From the NCBI GenBank assembly GCA_008632985.1, contig QPGO01000029.1:384874-448873 (forward strand): DNA of 64,000 nucleotides, given 5' to 3'. The notes under the pieces are model-generated. The model made no database searches and was not told the origin of the DNA. It saw only the letters and a program-made list of their open reading frames with translations. This DNA comes from Psammoneis japonica. Taxonomy: Eukaryota. The position numbers were made by a program, and so were the translations under genes. This document shows, in pieces, positions 36,959 to 49,700 of this stretch (the stretch's first letter is position 1; every line of letters begins with the position of its first letter).

Positions 36959-38212
36959 ATGAAGACCATTTACAGCAATCTCGCGGTGGTCTCCACGTTG
37001 CTGTTGATCGTCGCTCCGTTCGTTATTGCAAACGTAGAGCCAACATGTGGTGAACCAGAGTATAACAAGCGAAAGGATAGGGCCGTTTTTCTCTGGCGAG
37101 CGTGCTTCTCCAATCAGTGGTACGTACAAGCCTCGGGGGGAAAGCTGCCTGTGGCAGTCAATGGCACTCTGGTGGCTGATACATCCGACATTGCGATTAG
37201 CAAGAAGGCCGTCGGGGTTGAGTTGAACAAGAACTTCACCATCAACATCGCAAAGAAAAAGAAGGATGGCTTCAAATTCCTTTTGAAGGACGAAGGGAGT
37301 GGATGTTTGAACATTAAGACTCCAGAAGACATTCCCCTGTATGTTGGTAAGAACCGCGTGGAGCATGCTACCAAGTCCATCAGTGTCCCTGGATTGAGGC
37401 CGTGCGATGGACCGATTCTCGAATACCGCTTTGATACTTCTCGTACCCTCTTCAAGGACACGGGTGCGAATGGATGGGACGGCTCAACTGCGCCAGGAAG
37501 AGACAGGCTAGGTCACACTGAACTGGGTCGTTCCGGGTTTGGAGCCAGCTTTGTTGGGAGGGGTGTTCAAATGGTTATCCGAGAAGCCAAAGACCTCAGC
37601 ATGGACAAGTATACCATGATGGCATGGGTTCGGTACTCTCAAACCTCTTTTGGTACAATCGGAGCCTGCTGTTTTCCAGATTTCCCTGGTATATGCGGAA
37701 TCGCTTCTGAATCGGAATGCTTGGAGGCTGGTGGAAAGTTCCAGGGACATCGCACAGAATGCTTTGATGATGCGTGTCCCACGGACACGACGCCGGCCCC
37801 GAAGACTGAGTTGGCGTCTGTGATTGCTCTGAAGACGTCAGCTATTTGGCTCACCATCAACGAGGACACCCGTACTGTCAGGTTCGGTGGCTTTTTCGGC
37901 GGTTGTGCTCGCAAAAACCGTACTTTACTAAAAGGCTCCAGACCAATTCTAACAGAGACGTGGACTCACATCGCAGCAACCAACGATGGCAATTCACTGA
38001 AGGTCTATATCAATGGAGAATTGGACTCAGAGATTGAACTTGTGACCAAAGGAACCTTTTGTTCCAATAAGGCACCGCTTAACATTGGCTCCTACTTGGG
38101 AGAGACGAGGGCGGAAGATCGGAATTTCTTTCGGGGATACATGGACACGTTCCGCGTCTACAACAAGAATCTCAGTCATGATGAAATCCGTTCCGAAATG
38201 TTTCGCCACTAG
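36959..38212 (+). CDS. Secreted LamG/concanavalin A-like domain protein with a GACC cysteine-rich insert
   Basis: 417-aa intact ORF with a signal peptide and LamG motifs YTMMAWV, WTHIAATNDG..LKVYING and FFRGYMDTFRVYNKNLS. Confidence 0.88.
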   Translation: MKTIYSNLAVVSTLLLIVAPFVIANVEPTCGEPEYNKRKDRAVFLWRACFSNQWYVQASGGKLPVAVNGTLVADTSDIAISKKAVGVELNKNFTINIAKKKKDGFKFLLKDEGSGCLNIKTPEDIPLYVGKNRVEHATKSISVPGLRPCDGPILEYRFDTSRTLFKDTGANGWDGSTAPGRDRLGHTELGRSGFGASFVGRGVQMVIREAKDLSMDKYTMMAWVRYSQTSFGTIGACCFPDFPGICGIASESECLEAGGKFQGHRTECFDDACPTDTTPAPKTELASVIALKTSAIWLTINEDTRTVRFGGFFGGCARKNRTLLKGSRPILTETWTHIAATNDGNSLKVYINGELDSEIELVTKGTFCSNKAPLNIGSYLGETRAEDRNFFRGYMDTFRVYNKNLSHDEIRSEMFRH

Positions 38213-38499
38213 TTTCGGATCGGTGGATTGATTCGAGCGTAAGGCAATGTGAGGACGGAGGACAAGGCTACCACAGTCGATTCCGAAGCTTGGAGATGCC
38301 ATGAGTTTTGCCCATTTTTTGAAATATTTAGAGAACGTTTGTTGTGTGCATGTGTGCCTGATGCTGTCATTCGTACCGGTACATGGTCAATCAAATGTGG
38401 TTGATTCTTGTGATGCGTAAGTTCACGCGGTCTTTTGACAACCAGGCACCCAAATTTGGAGGAGCTTTGTTGGCGCTCTGATCCTCTACCTTACCTGCA

Positions 38500-39950
38500 G
38501 ACAGAGTCTGCATGATTCACCAACATGGGTCAAAACCAACGGTCAGTGCAATGCCCTGTTGATGAAAGGAAACAAAAACCAACCTGAACAACCACTTGCC
38601 ACTGTAAAAAAAGAAACACCACCATGTCAAATTATGAGGAAGGGCCAGTTTTCTTTTTTTTTTTTAGAAGGAAAGTCCTTTGCAGAAGAACTCTGCTTCT
38701 GAGATCTGCTTGTGAGAATCAGAAGAGGCCACACACAGAGATGGTGTCATCCTCTTGTTCTCTTTGCCCTCTCCAGCAACCAAGGTTGTGAATCTTCTCC
38801 CCACTCTCTGTTGCTCAAGCAAGTGCCCTCTTGGGAAGCTGAATTCCAAGAACTGTGTGCCACCCTGCCACCTCTGTTCATCCACCCCCTGGCTTCCCAT
38901 GCCTGCCTTGCTGTTGATGTCAGCACTGTTCCAGACTGTTGCCACCTTTTTCCAGCTCACCCCTGTGCCAAAACACCATGCTGCAAAATTGCTGCCAAGA
39001 AAAAATTCACAACGGCAACACTGTGAGCAGCTCAGTGCAACCCTGCCATGGTGAATTGCCTTTGCTGCATGCTGGCATTGTGCTGGCATGTGCATGCATG
39101 GACACAGTGCCAGCCAGACTCAGCCTCAGTCATTGCCTCTTGTCATGATGGTGCTCCAGCATTTGTGGCAATTGAAGCATTGCCATGTGATTGGTTTTTG
39201 CAAGTGGATTTTCATTTCTTGCTGCATTTGGTTTTTGAAGATTTGTCAAGTCCCTGATGAAGATTCTCTTTTGCAACTTTCTTGGCAGTGTCCTGTTGGC
39301 ATCAAGCCCCTTGTTCTCTGTGGACCATTTGTGTTTGTCGTTGTTTTGCAAACCAAACACAACAAAGATTTCTTCCACACAAGGGGGTTGCAGTTTTGTT
39401 CACCTGTTTTGTTTTTGTCAGACCATGTTTTGATCAAGAAAGAGTGTTGGTGCACCCACAACACAGAATTCCAGATCTCACAAACAAAAAAATCCTTGAT
39501 GAGAGACTCTTCTCACTTCTTCTGGACACTGCACATTGCCATTGTGCTTTTGTTGGAGCACCCAGATCATTGGAATGTAGAGAACCCAAACACGTTGAAA
39601 AGAAGATGTTCTTGAAGATCTCAATGTGGTGGATTTGGCAACTCATGCATTTGGAGTGCATTGTCACCAACCCCATTCAGATTTCTTTCCAGTGAGTCAT
39701 CAGGTTCACATGAATTGCACATTGTGGCATCAGCAGGCACATGTTTTTCACATTGCAAGTTTGAAGTTTGTTGAGAACTTTTGGGCAAACCACAGCCACC
39801 AAAATGGCCAGGGCAAGTGCAATGAGTGGCACAGGAAGCCTTGTTGAATTCCCTTTTGGCAACATTGACTTGAGGGTTCAACATTCACTCCAAAGAGTCA
39901 CAAGCACAGCATTCAGTGCTTGTTCTAGCTGGCCTTCACACAGTCATTCA
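38500..39950 (+). mobile_element. Degenerate repeat DNA including a family A fragment (~39500-39900)
   Basis: CACAGCCACCAAAATGGCCAGGGCAAGTGCA is shared with ~48285-48312. Confidence 0.5.
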
Positions 39951-39999
39951 ATGTTGGAACTCTGCATTGTGTGATCAACAGAGGAGGAGGTAGAACAAG

Positions 40000-42900
40000 C
40001 AAGTGGCAGAGGCCAAGGACACAACCAAGGCAACAAGAAGAAGACTGACCTGAAGAAAAGCTTTCAGCCTGAGATGAAGTTTCATCCTTTGTTGCTGAAC
40101 AGCAACACTGGCAATGCAACATGCAAAGACAGCATCAAGGCAAAAGTTGTCAGCTGTGCTCAGAAAGAATGTGAACAAGGTGCACATCCAGCAAGATCTT
40201 TGGAAGACACAAAGTGCAAGAATTTCATTGCCAAGAAACCTGCATTGGGCATTCCCAAGTCAGAACTGCCACAACTGACTGATCCTAGACAGACTGTCGC
40301 ACTGTGAGACAGAAACAAGACATCAAGAATGAAAAGAACTTGAACATCAGCACAATGCCAACACAATTTTGATGACAAAGTAAAGAAGCTCCTTGAAGAG
40401 AACAAGACTGCTGCACTTGCTGAGATCCCAGACAACTGCTGCACCAAGACAGAGAGTGCAAGGTGACCAAAGGTGCCACATTTGACTCAATGAGAGGTTG
40501 ACACCTGTTCCACACACTTGCCAAGCCCCTGAAGAAAATGCCAGAAGCAAAGCAACAAGAGAACAAACAGCCAAATTACTTCCTGTCAAGATTCAAGAAT
40601 CAGCCAGATGCCACAAGCAACAGTCTGGGAGAGAAGATGCCAGGCAAGTTCATTTTGAGAACACCAAGGAATGCAAAAATGGTGATTCAACAGTCCAGTC
40701 TGACCCAAAGGCAGAATCACACAATGCGCCTGGCTCAAGAAAGCAGATGCCAAGGGACAGAGCCATGCACAGATGCAAGATGAAGATGACTCATTGGTGG
40801 ATGGCAACAGTGCAAGTGTTGACACCACCAGATCCAACAAAAATTGAGCCACACCCAAAGCAGCAAGAAGCATGCATGGCACAGACACCAGCCGGACACA
40901 GAGATTTGAGAAACAAGACTGAGCCAAGCCGATGCAGGCATTGAGTTGGATGAGCTCATCCTTGACAAGCAGCAATGGATCTGCTCTCAATGCAGCAGGA
41001 AGCCAGAGACCAGCACACAATGTGTCTCCAGCAAAGGTCAAGGTTGACCTGTCCACCAGTGCAGGAGTGGATGCCTCAGATGAGGACTGCACCACGCCTG
41101 GATGGGGAGACACAAAGCTTGGATTGCAGAATGCAGTGGTGAACATCCTGAGTTTGTGGGGTGTAAAAAACAAGTGCAAGACTCCTGAGGTCCAAGAAAC
41201 ATGATGACATGTGCGAAGCATTGGATGCTGTTCTCCAGCAGCACAACAAATCCCCGTTTGAGTTTGACTTTGTTGTGTGCAATCATAAATTCAAGAAAAT
41301 GCCAGTGAAAGTTGCTGATGACATAAATTTGAAGCTGATTTCCGTGAACACAAAAGACCACAATGTGACCAAAAATGAGCAGAGCATGCAGACCATCAAG
41401 GAGCAAATTCAAGCAACCATGCACCATGTGCCACACAAGACAATGCCCAAGATGATGTGCAAGCAAGCCATGATCAACAGTGCTTTCATGTCAAATGTGT
41501 GCTCACAGAAGGAAGGGATCTCTGACACTCTGAGACCACACACCATTCTGCAATGAAAGAACCTTGACTCTGTGACAAACACTTCCTGCTTGGGTTCAGA
41601 GAATTTGTGATTTCTCATGTTGAGAATGACCCAACAAACTTTGTGGAAGCACATGGCAGTGACAGTGTGCAATTGCAACCACATTTTGACCTGCCCAAGG
41701 GTGAACACTGTGGCACAAATCCACACACAGGAAAGCCACTGAGCCCCTGCAAGTGCACCTCTGCACCCCTGACCAACATGCACACACAGGTGGTCAAGAA
41801 GATGGCAAACATAGAGAGACAATCTGCATGATGCTGATTGGACTGCAGACATGGACATCAACAAAAGCAACAGCAACAAAAGCAGTGAGGGCAAACATGA
41901 AAATGATCATGAGGATGTTGAATGCATGACCGAGTCCAACAATGAAGAAAGCATCCACCATCCACCATCCCCCATCCCCCATCTGCCATCCGCCATCCTC
42001 TGTCTGCCATCCAGCATCCACCATCCACCATCCTCCATCCACCATGCAGCATCAACCATCTGCCATCTGCCACCCACCATCAGCATCCACCATCCGCCAT
42101 CCGCAATCCACCATCTGACATGCAGCATCTGCCATCCAACATCTGCCAACCACCATCAGCATCCACCATCCACCACCCAGCATCTGCCATCAACCATCCA
42201 CCATCTGCCATCCACCATCTGCCATCCATCGTCAACCATCCACCATTGCCACCCGGCCACCACCTGCCATCCAGAATCCACCATCCACCATCCACCATCT
42301 GCCATCCAGCATCCAGCATCCAGCATTGGATTGATGCTGACTGGGCTGCAGGCATGGACATCAACAAAAGCAACAGCAACAAAAGCAGCGAGGGCAAACA
42401 TGAAAATGATCATGAGGATGTTGAGCGCATGGCCGAGTCCAACAATGAAGAAAGCATCCACCATCCACCATCCACCATCCCCCATCTGCCATCTGCCATC
42501 TGCCATCCAGCATCCAGCATCCAGCATCCAGCGTCCAGCATCCAGCATCCAGCATCCACCAACCACCATCCACCATCCACCATCCAACATCCAACATCCG
42601 CCACCCTCCATCCACCATCCAGCATCTGCCATCTGCCATCTGCCATCTGCCATCCACCATCCACCATCCACCATCCCCCACCCACCATCCGCCATCCGCC
42701 ATCCACCATCTGCCACCAGCCTTCAGCCATCCACCATCCACCATCCACCATCCACCATCCACCATCAGCCATCAGCCATCAGCCATCCACCATCCATCAT
42801 CCACCACCCACCATCCACCATCCGCCATCCATCACCAACCTTCCGCCATTGTCATCCACCACCTGCCATCCAGAATTCAGCATCCAGCATCTGCCATCTG

Positions 42901-45900
42901 CTGCCCAGCATCCACCATCCTGCATCCGCCATGCAGCAATGACCACCTGCCATCCGCCATCTGCCATCCACCATCAGCACCCACCATCCACAATCCGTTG
43001 TCCGCCATCCAACAACCACCATCTGCCATCAGCCACCAGCCATCCACCACCAGCCATTTGCTGTCTGCCATCCACCATCCACCATCTGCTGTCCACCATC
43101 CACCATCCGCCATCCACTGTCCACCATCTGCCATCCGCCATCCGCCATCCGCCATCCGCCATCCACCATCTTGCACCCAGCACCCAGCATCTGCCATCAG
43201 CAATCAGCCATCCACCACCCGCCATCCGCCATCCGCCATCCGCCATCCATCACCAACCATCAAACACCACCATCCGCCATCCGCCACCCAGCATTCAGCA
43301 TCCACCATCTGCCATCCACCATCCAGCATCCATCCTCCATCTGCCGCGCAGCATCAACCAACCACCATCTGCCATCCCATCCATCATCCGCCATCCATCA
43401 TCCATCACCCATCATCCACCATCCATCATCCACCACCCAGCATCCAGCATCCATCATCCATCATCCACCAACCATCATCCATTGTCCGTCATCCATCATC
43501 CACCATCCACCATCCACCATCCACCATCCACCATCCACCATCCACCATCCACCGCCCACCATCCGTCATCTGCCAAACATCACCCACCATCCATCATCCA
43601 CCACCCACCATCCATCAGCCATCAGCCAGCATCCGCCATGCACCATCCACCATCCACCACCCATCATCCATCATCTGCCACCCATCAAACACCACCCATC
43701 ATCCTCCATCCATCATCCACCATCTGCCATCCACCATCCATCATCCATCATCCATCATCCATCATCCTCCATCCATCATCCATCATCCATCATCCCTTGT
43801 CCCTCATCCATCATCCATCATCCGCCACCCATCAAACATCGTCCATCATCCATCGTTCATCATCCGCCATCCACCACCCACCATCCATCATCCATCATCC
43901 GCCATCCATCAAACACCATCCATCATTCACCACCCATCATCCATCATCCATCACCCTCCATCCATCATCCATCATCCGCCATCCATCATCCGCCACCCAT
44001 CATCCATCATCCGCCATCCATCAAACACCATCCATCATCCATCATCCACCATCCATCATCCATCATCCGCCACCCGCCACCCGCCATCCACCATTTGCCA
44101 TCCACCACCCGCCATCCATCACCCATCATCTGCCATCCACCCTCCTCCGTCCATCGTCCGCCATCCACCATCCATCATCCGTCGTCCATCATCCACCAAC
44201 CATCACCCATCATCCATCTCTGCCATCCATCAAACACCACCCATCACTCATCATCCGCCATCCACCACCCATCATCCATCATCCGCCACCCACCATCCAT
44301 CATCCACCATCCACCATCCATTGTCCATCATCCGCCATCCATCAAACACCATCCATCACCCATCATCCGCCACCCACCAAACACCATCCATCATCCATCA
44401 CCCGCCATCCACCGCCCATCATCCATCATCCATCATCCATCATCTGCGATCCACCACCCACCACCCATCATCCATCATCCGTCGTCTGCCACCCACCTTC
44501 CATCATCCTCCACCCATCATCCGTCGCCCGCCATCCATCAAACACCGCCCATCATCCATCATCCACACCATCCATCATCCGCCATCCACCATCCATCACC
44601 CACCATCCACCATCCACCATCCATCATCCATCATCTGTCACCCGCCACCCACCTTCCATCATCCTCCACCCATCATCCATCATCTGCCACCCATCAAACA
44701 CCACCCATCATCCGCCACTCATCACCCACCATCCACCATCCACCGCCCATCATCCGCACAATCCATCATCCGCCATCCACCATCCATCAAACACCACCCA
44801 TCATCCATCATCCGCCACCCATCAAACACCATCCATCATCCACCATCCATCATCTGCCACCCTTCACCCATCATCTGCTGTCCATCATCCACCATCCACC
44901 GCCCATCGTCCATCATCCATCACCTGCCATCCACCTTCCATCATCCTCCACCCATCATCCATCATCCGCCATCCATCGCCCGCCACCCATCATCCATCAT
45001 TTGCCACCCATCACCCGCCATCCACCACCCATCATCTGGTCCACCTTCCATCATCCTCCACAGATCATCCATCATCCGCCATCCATCAAACACCATCCAT
45101 CATCCATCATCCACACCACCCATCATCTGCCATCCACACCCGCCATCCACCATCCATCATCCATCATCCGCCACCCGCCACCCGCCACCCACCATCCGTC
45201 ACCCATCATCCGTCATCCTCCACCCATCATCCATCACCCGCCATCCATCAAACACCATCCATCGTCCATCATCCATGCCATCCATCATCCACCATCCACC
45301 GTCAAACACCATCCATCATCCACCATGCACCATCCGCCATCCACCACCCACCATCCACCATCCATCCTCCATCATCCGCCACCCACCAGCCATCACCCAT
45401 CATGCACCGTCCATCATCTGCCAGCCATCAAACACCGCCCATCATCCATCACCCGCCACCCATCATCCATCATCCATCATCCGCCATCCACCATCCACCA
45501 TCCATCCTCCATCCTCCATCACCCGCCACCCACCAACCATGGCCCATCGTGCATCATCCATCATCTGCCAGCCATCAAACGCCATCCATCATCCATCATC
45601 CGCCACCCACCATCCATCATCCATCATCCACCATCTGTCATCCACCATCCGCCAAACACCACCCATCATCCATCATCCATCATCCACTGTCCACTTGCCA
45701 TCATCCATCATCCGCCATCCATCAAACACCATCCATCATCTGTCATCCGCCACCCATCAAACACCACCCATCATCCATCATCCATCATCTGCCATCCATC
45801 AAACACCGTCCATCATCCGTCATCCATCATCCGCCATCCACCACCACCCACCATCCACCATCTGTCATCCATCATTTGCCACCCACCATCCACCATCCAT

Positions 45901-46730
45901 CATCATCCACCCATCATCCATCATCCATCATCCGCCATCCATCAAACGCCATCCATCATCCACAATCCATCATCCATCATCTGCCATCCATCAAACACCA
46001 TCCATCATTCATCATCCGCCATCCACCATCCACCATCCATTGTCCATCATCCGCCATCCACCACCCATCATCCACCATCCATCATCCACCATCCATCAAA
46101 CACCACCCATCATCCACCGCGCACCACGCACCATCCATCATCCATCATCTGCCACCCGCCATCCATCGTCCATCATCCATCATCCACCAACCACCTGCCA
46201 CCTGCCACCTGCCACCTGCCACCTGCCATCTGCCATCCACTGTCCACTGTCAGCATCTGCCATCTGACGTCCACCATCTGTCATCTGCCATCCAGCATCT
46301 GCCATCCACCATCCACCATTTGCCACCCAGTGTCCACCATCTGCCATCTGCCATCCACCATCACAGGCCACATGTGAGCATCAGAAGCTCAACACCCCAA
46401 GCAGCACAGAAGCTCAACTCATTCAAGTTGATGGCGCCATGACCACATGCTGTGGGTGAAGCTGTTCGTGGAGCACCAAGGCTGTCAGACTGACAAGAAC
46501 ATCCCACATCAGGGCAACAAGAGCACTGTGCTGCTGGAAGCTGATGGTGGGTGCAAGAGTGCCTGCAAGCAGTCAAGAGCATTTGACAATCGGCACTTCT
46601 TTGTTGCTGATCAGATCACAAAGGGCAGCCCAAGAGTGCAGCATTGTCCTGCCAATGAATGACGTGCGTTGAGACTTCACAACCAACAAACCACTGCAGG
46701 GCAAGAAGTTTCAAAAGTTGAGTGGTTGAC
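40000..46730 (+). mobile_element. Degenerate copia relic (gag-PR-IN at 40000-41950, RNase H end at 46370-46730) interrupted by a satellite; no RT motif recognised
   Basis: QKECEQGAHPARSLED, NGSALNAAG, EQSMQTIKEQ, then HQGNKSTVLLE, FFVADQITKG and KPLQGKKF. Same family as the 7-13 kb relics. Confidence 0.75.
41953..46363. repeat. ~4.4-kb degenerate simple satellite (CCATCCA / CCATCTG / CCATCCG / CCATCAT units)
   Basis: Direct inspection. Almost entirely C, A and T on the plus strand; I saw no TA dinucleotide. Confidence 0.97.
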
Positions 46731-46739
46731 TTCAAGCAT

Positions 46740-49700
46740 GACAGGAGCATTTCCTGTTCTTTGTGATGATGTCAGACAAGAGCTCTGATGCAAGTGGGTG
46801 AATGATCACTGATGTGAAACCAGAAAGGGCATTTTCAACCAAGCAGCGGCTCAACCAGCCACAATTTGTAGCTGCAAACAAATGTCGACCATTTGCAATG
46901 ATGATTTGTGTGAACCATGTGTGGGTTGCAACACAACGACAAATTTGTGGCCACCAAACTGCTGGTTGGATCACCAAGAGTGACTCGTGGGTCCATGCAA
47001 TGCAAGAGTGATGGGCACAGATTGCATCAGAGCATTGGAAGAGTGAAAGAGGTGGATTGGGAGCAACTGGAAGACACCAACTTTCAATCCACACATGCAC
47101 CAAGAAACCCTGGATTTGCAGGAGGTGTTGTTCACCATCAAGGAAATGAAGACAGCAGATCTTGGGGGAAGCCAGAGCTGTTGGGCCTGTGGTGGGGCCC
47201 ATGGCTGGGCAGACACAAGTCAATGGCACAAGCAAATGAAATGCCACAGTGGACTTTTGAAACAGTGGAGCACATGTGCACTGCTGCACCAATGCTCTCC
47301 ATCCATGATGATTGGAGACTGGCATGTAAAATTAAGAGATGAGCCAGCTGAGCTCCCAAAACCAAAGAATGTTGGCCAGCAATTGGAGGCCAAGCCTCAA
47401 GGCAAAGTAAAATGTGCTGTGATCAACAGAGTGACCCGGCAATGATGAGCACCTCAAGGACAGATGTGTTGCCAGATCACTGGGCAACAAATTGCTGTTG
47501 GCCCCAAGTGAGAGCAATGTTCATGCCCAAGTGAAAAGTCAAATGTTTGCCTGCCTGCTGCTGCACATGGCATGGACAAGAATGGGGCATGTGGTGCCCT
47601 CAGAAGCTCGTCAAGTGCCCCACTCCTGACATTGTCATGACTCATTGTGGGCTCATGAGGGACAATGATGGCATCATTTGTGATGTGAAGAACTTGGCAT
47701 CATTCTTCCACTGTGAATTTGTGCTTGCATTGAGATTGCAGGTGGTGCTGCAGAGAGATTCAGTTCTTTTGTTTGACTCCAGAGGCAACCAACAATTGGA
47801 CAATGGATCCGGTCAAGGATCAGGACAGTGAGCATAAAACAGAGAGACTCCATTGCAGCTGCATGGAGAATTTTGGTTTTGTGGAGTGCATTCATGATGC
47901 AACACACTTGTTTGATGACATGATCAATTGCTCTGACAATGGATGATGTGCTGGCTTTGGCATTGACTGTTTGACAGATGATTGCAAAGAGGTGGATTGG
48001 AAGCACATTGTTGCAAGCAACAGGAGTGTGTTGAAGCATCTGGATCCTGGGAATGCAGAGAACCCAGACGTGTTGAAGAGAAGATGTTGAAGATCATGAT
48101 GTGGTGGATTTGGTGACTCTTTTGTGTTCAAAATACACCATCACTGACCTCACTCAACTTTCAATTTGTCTCACTCTTTGAAGTGAATCATCTGGTTTGC
48201 ATGAACTGCATTTTGGCATTGGCAGGCACCTGTTTTGCATTGCAAGTTTGAAGTTCATTGAGGACTTCTGGACAAGCAAACCACAGCCACCAAAATGGCC
48301 AGGGCAAGTGCACTTCCTGACATCAGCTGCCCACCAGCAGCCCCTGCGTGTGTTTCTACACACCATGCTCTTGCGCTGATGTTGCCCTTTTCAGATGGCA
48401 TTTTGCTGGGTCCCTTGACACCCTTTTGGCCACTTCTGTTGTTGGCACACCTCATTTCAGCATGATGCACAACAATTTTTAGTGGAAAATGACTGGCATT
48501 GATGCCTCATGGCTCACATGCTTGTTGTCTTGTTTGGTGATTTTTTGCAGATTCAGTGCATTTTCTACACAGGATCCAGTTCAAATTCCATGCACTTCAG
48601 AAATGTCCACCAGAATGATCACAACATCTTTGATGCAAACAACTTCCATCTGCACCTGTCAGCCCACAGCGACTTCTTTTTCTCCTGCCAGCTGCTCTTG
48701 GGCATCCCTTGACAAAGACCATTCATTTGCTGCATGGGCCAGCATTTCTGCACAAGATTTGGTGTCAATTCCATGTGAGAATGACATTTCTTCCAACGTC
48801 CTTCTCATCACATCATTGAGTCTCCTTGTTTCATGCCTGCAAGTCCTGAACAACCCCTCTTGTCCTCACCAGCCTGCCAACCTCCCTCTGCTCTGAGTGG
48901 CGAGTGGTTTGTTTTCGTTCCTGCACATGCAAATGTGAAACCCAGCCATTCTTTGTTGAAGACAAGACCCATCCTTGGAAGCAAGGTTTTTCTTTTAGAG
49001 TTTGCGGTGACTTTGTGTCCTCTTCTTAACATGATTGTGCTTTGCTGTGGCAGTTTGGGTGCTTTGCATCCTGTCCAAAAGAAAGCAACAACATTTGTTG
49101 TTTCTGTGCAATTTCATCTCAACCACTTGTCTCTGCCAGTGCGCATGGCTGCAAAGTGGCATGTTGACTGGCTGATCACATGAACTTCTGCCACACCCCT
49201 TGCAGGGTGTGCCAGTGTGCCAGAAATGTGGATTGGCTGGTGCCAGTGTTGCTGGGCAAAGGTGCAACAGCACAATCAGGTTTGAGGCTTTTTTTGGGCC
49301 AGGGCAAGTGCAGCAAGTGGCACAGCAGGAAGCCTTGCAGGATTTCCCTTTGGCAACATTGACTTGCTGGTTCAACAACTTTGGGCACCTCTTTGCAGGT
49401 GCATCTGGTGACAGAACAACAACTGCTGACAATTCCCTGCTGAGCATCTGACATGCCAGTCAGTTGACAAACACCCACATCAAAGCAGAAGAGACATGTC
49501 TGCAAGGAGCATGAGTGCTGGTTCATTCAAGTCAAAGTGCAAACACAGCCAACACCCAGCATGATAAAAGGAGTCAGCAACAGATGACCCCCAAAACAAA
49601 AAAATGGGTGACATTGCAATCAACAATTGAAGTTGACATTGGGGGCAACATTGTGACATTTTGTGGCACCACAACAAATGTCTGTGCTGTTGCTGTTCAA

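Noticed and set aside
41953..46363. Telomeric repeat array
   Set aside because: Units are heterogeneous, do not match TTAGGG-type repeats and lie internally within a retroelement relic.
42120..46442. 1440-aa, 1089-aa and 1068-aa His/Pro/Ser/Ile-rich ORFs
   Set aside because: All three plus frames are open only because the CCAT satellite contains almost no stop codons; these are translations of a simple repeat.
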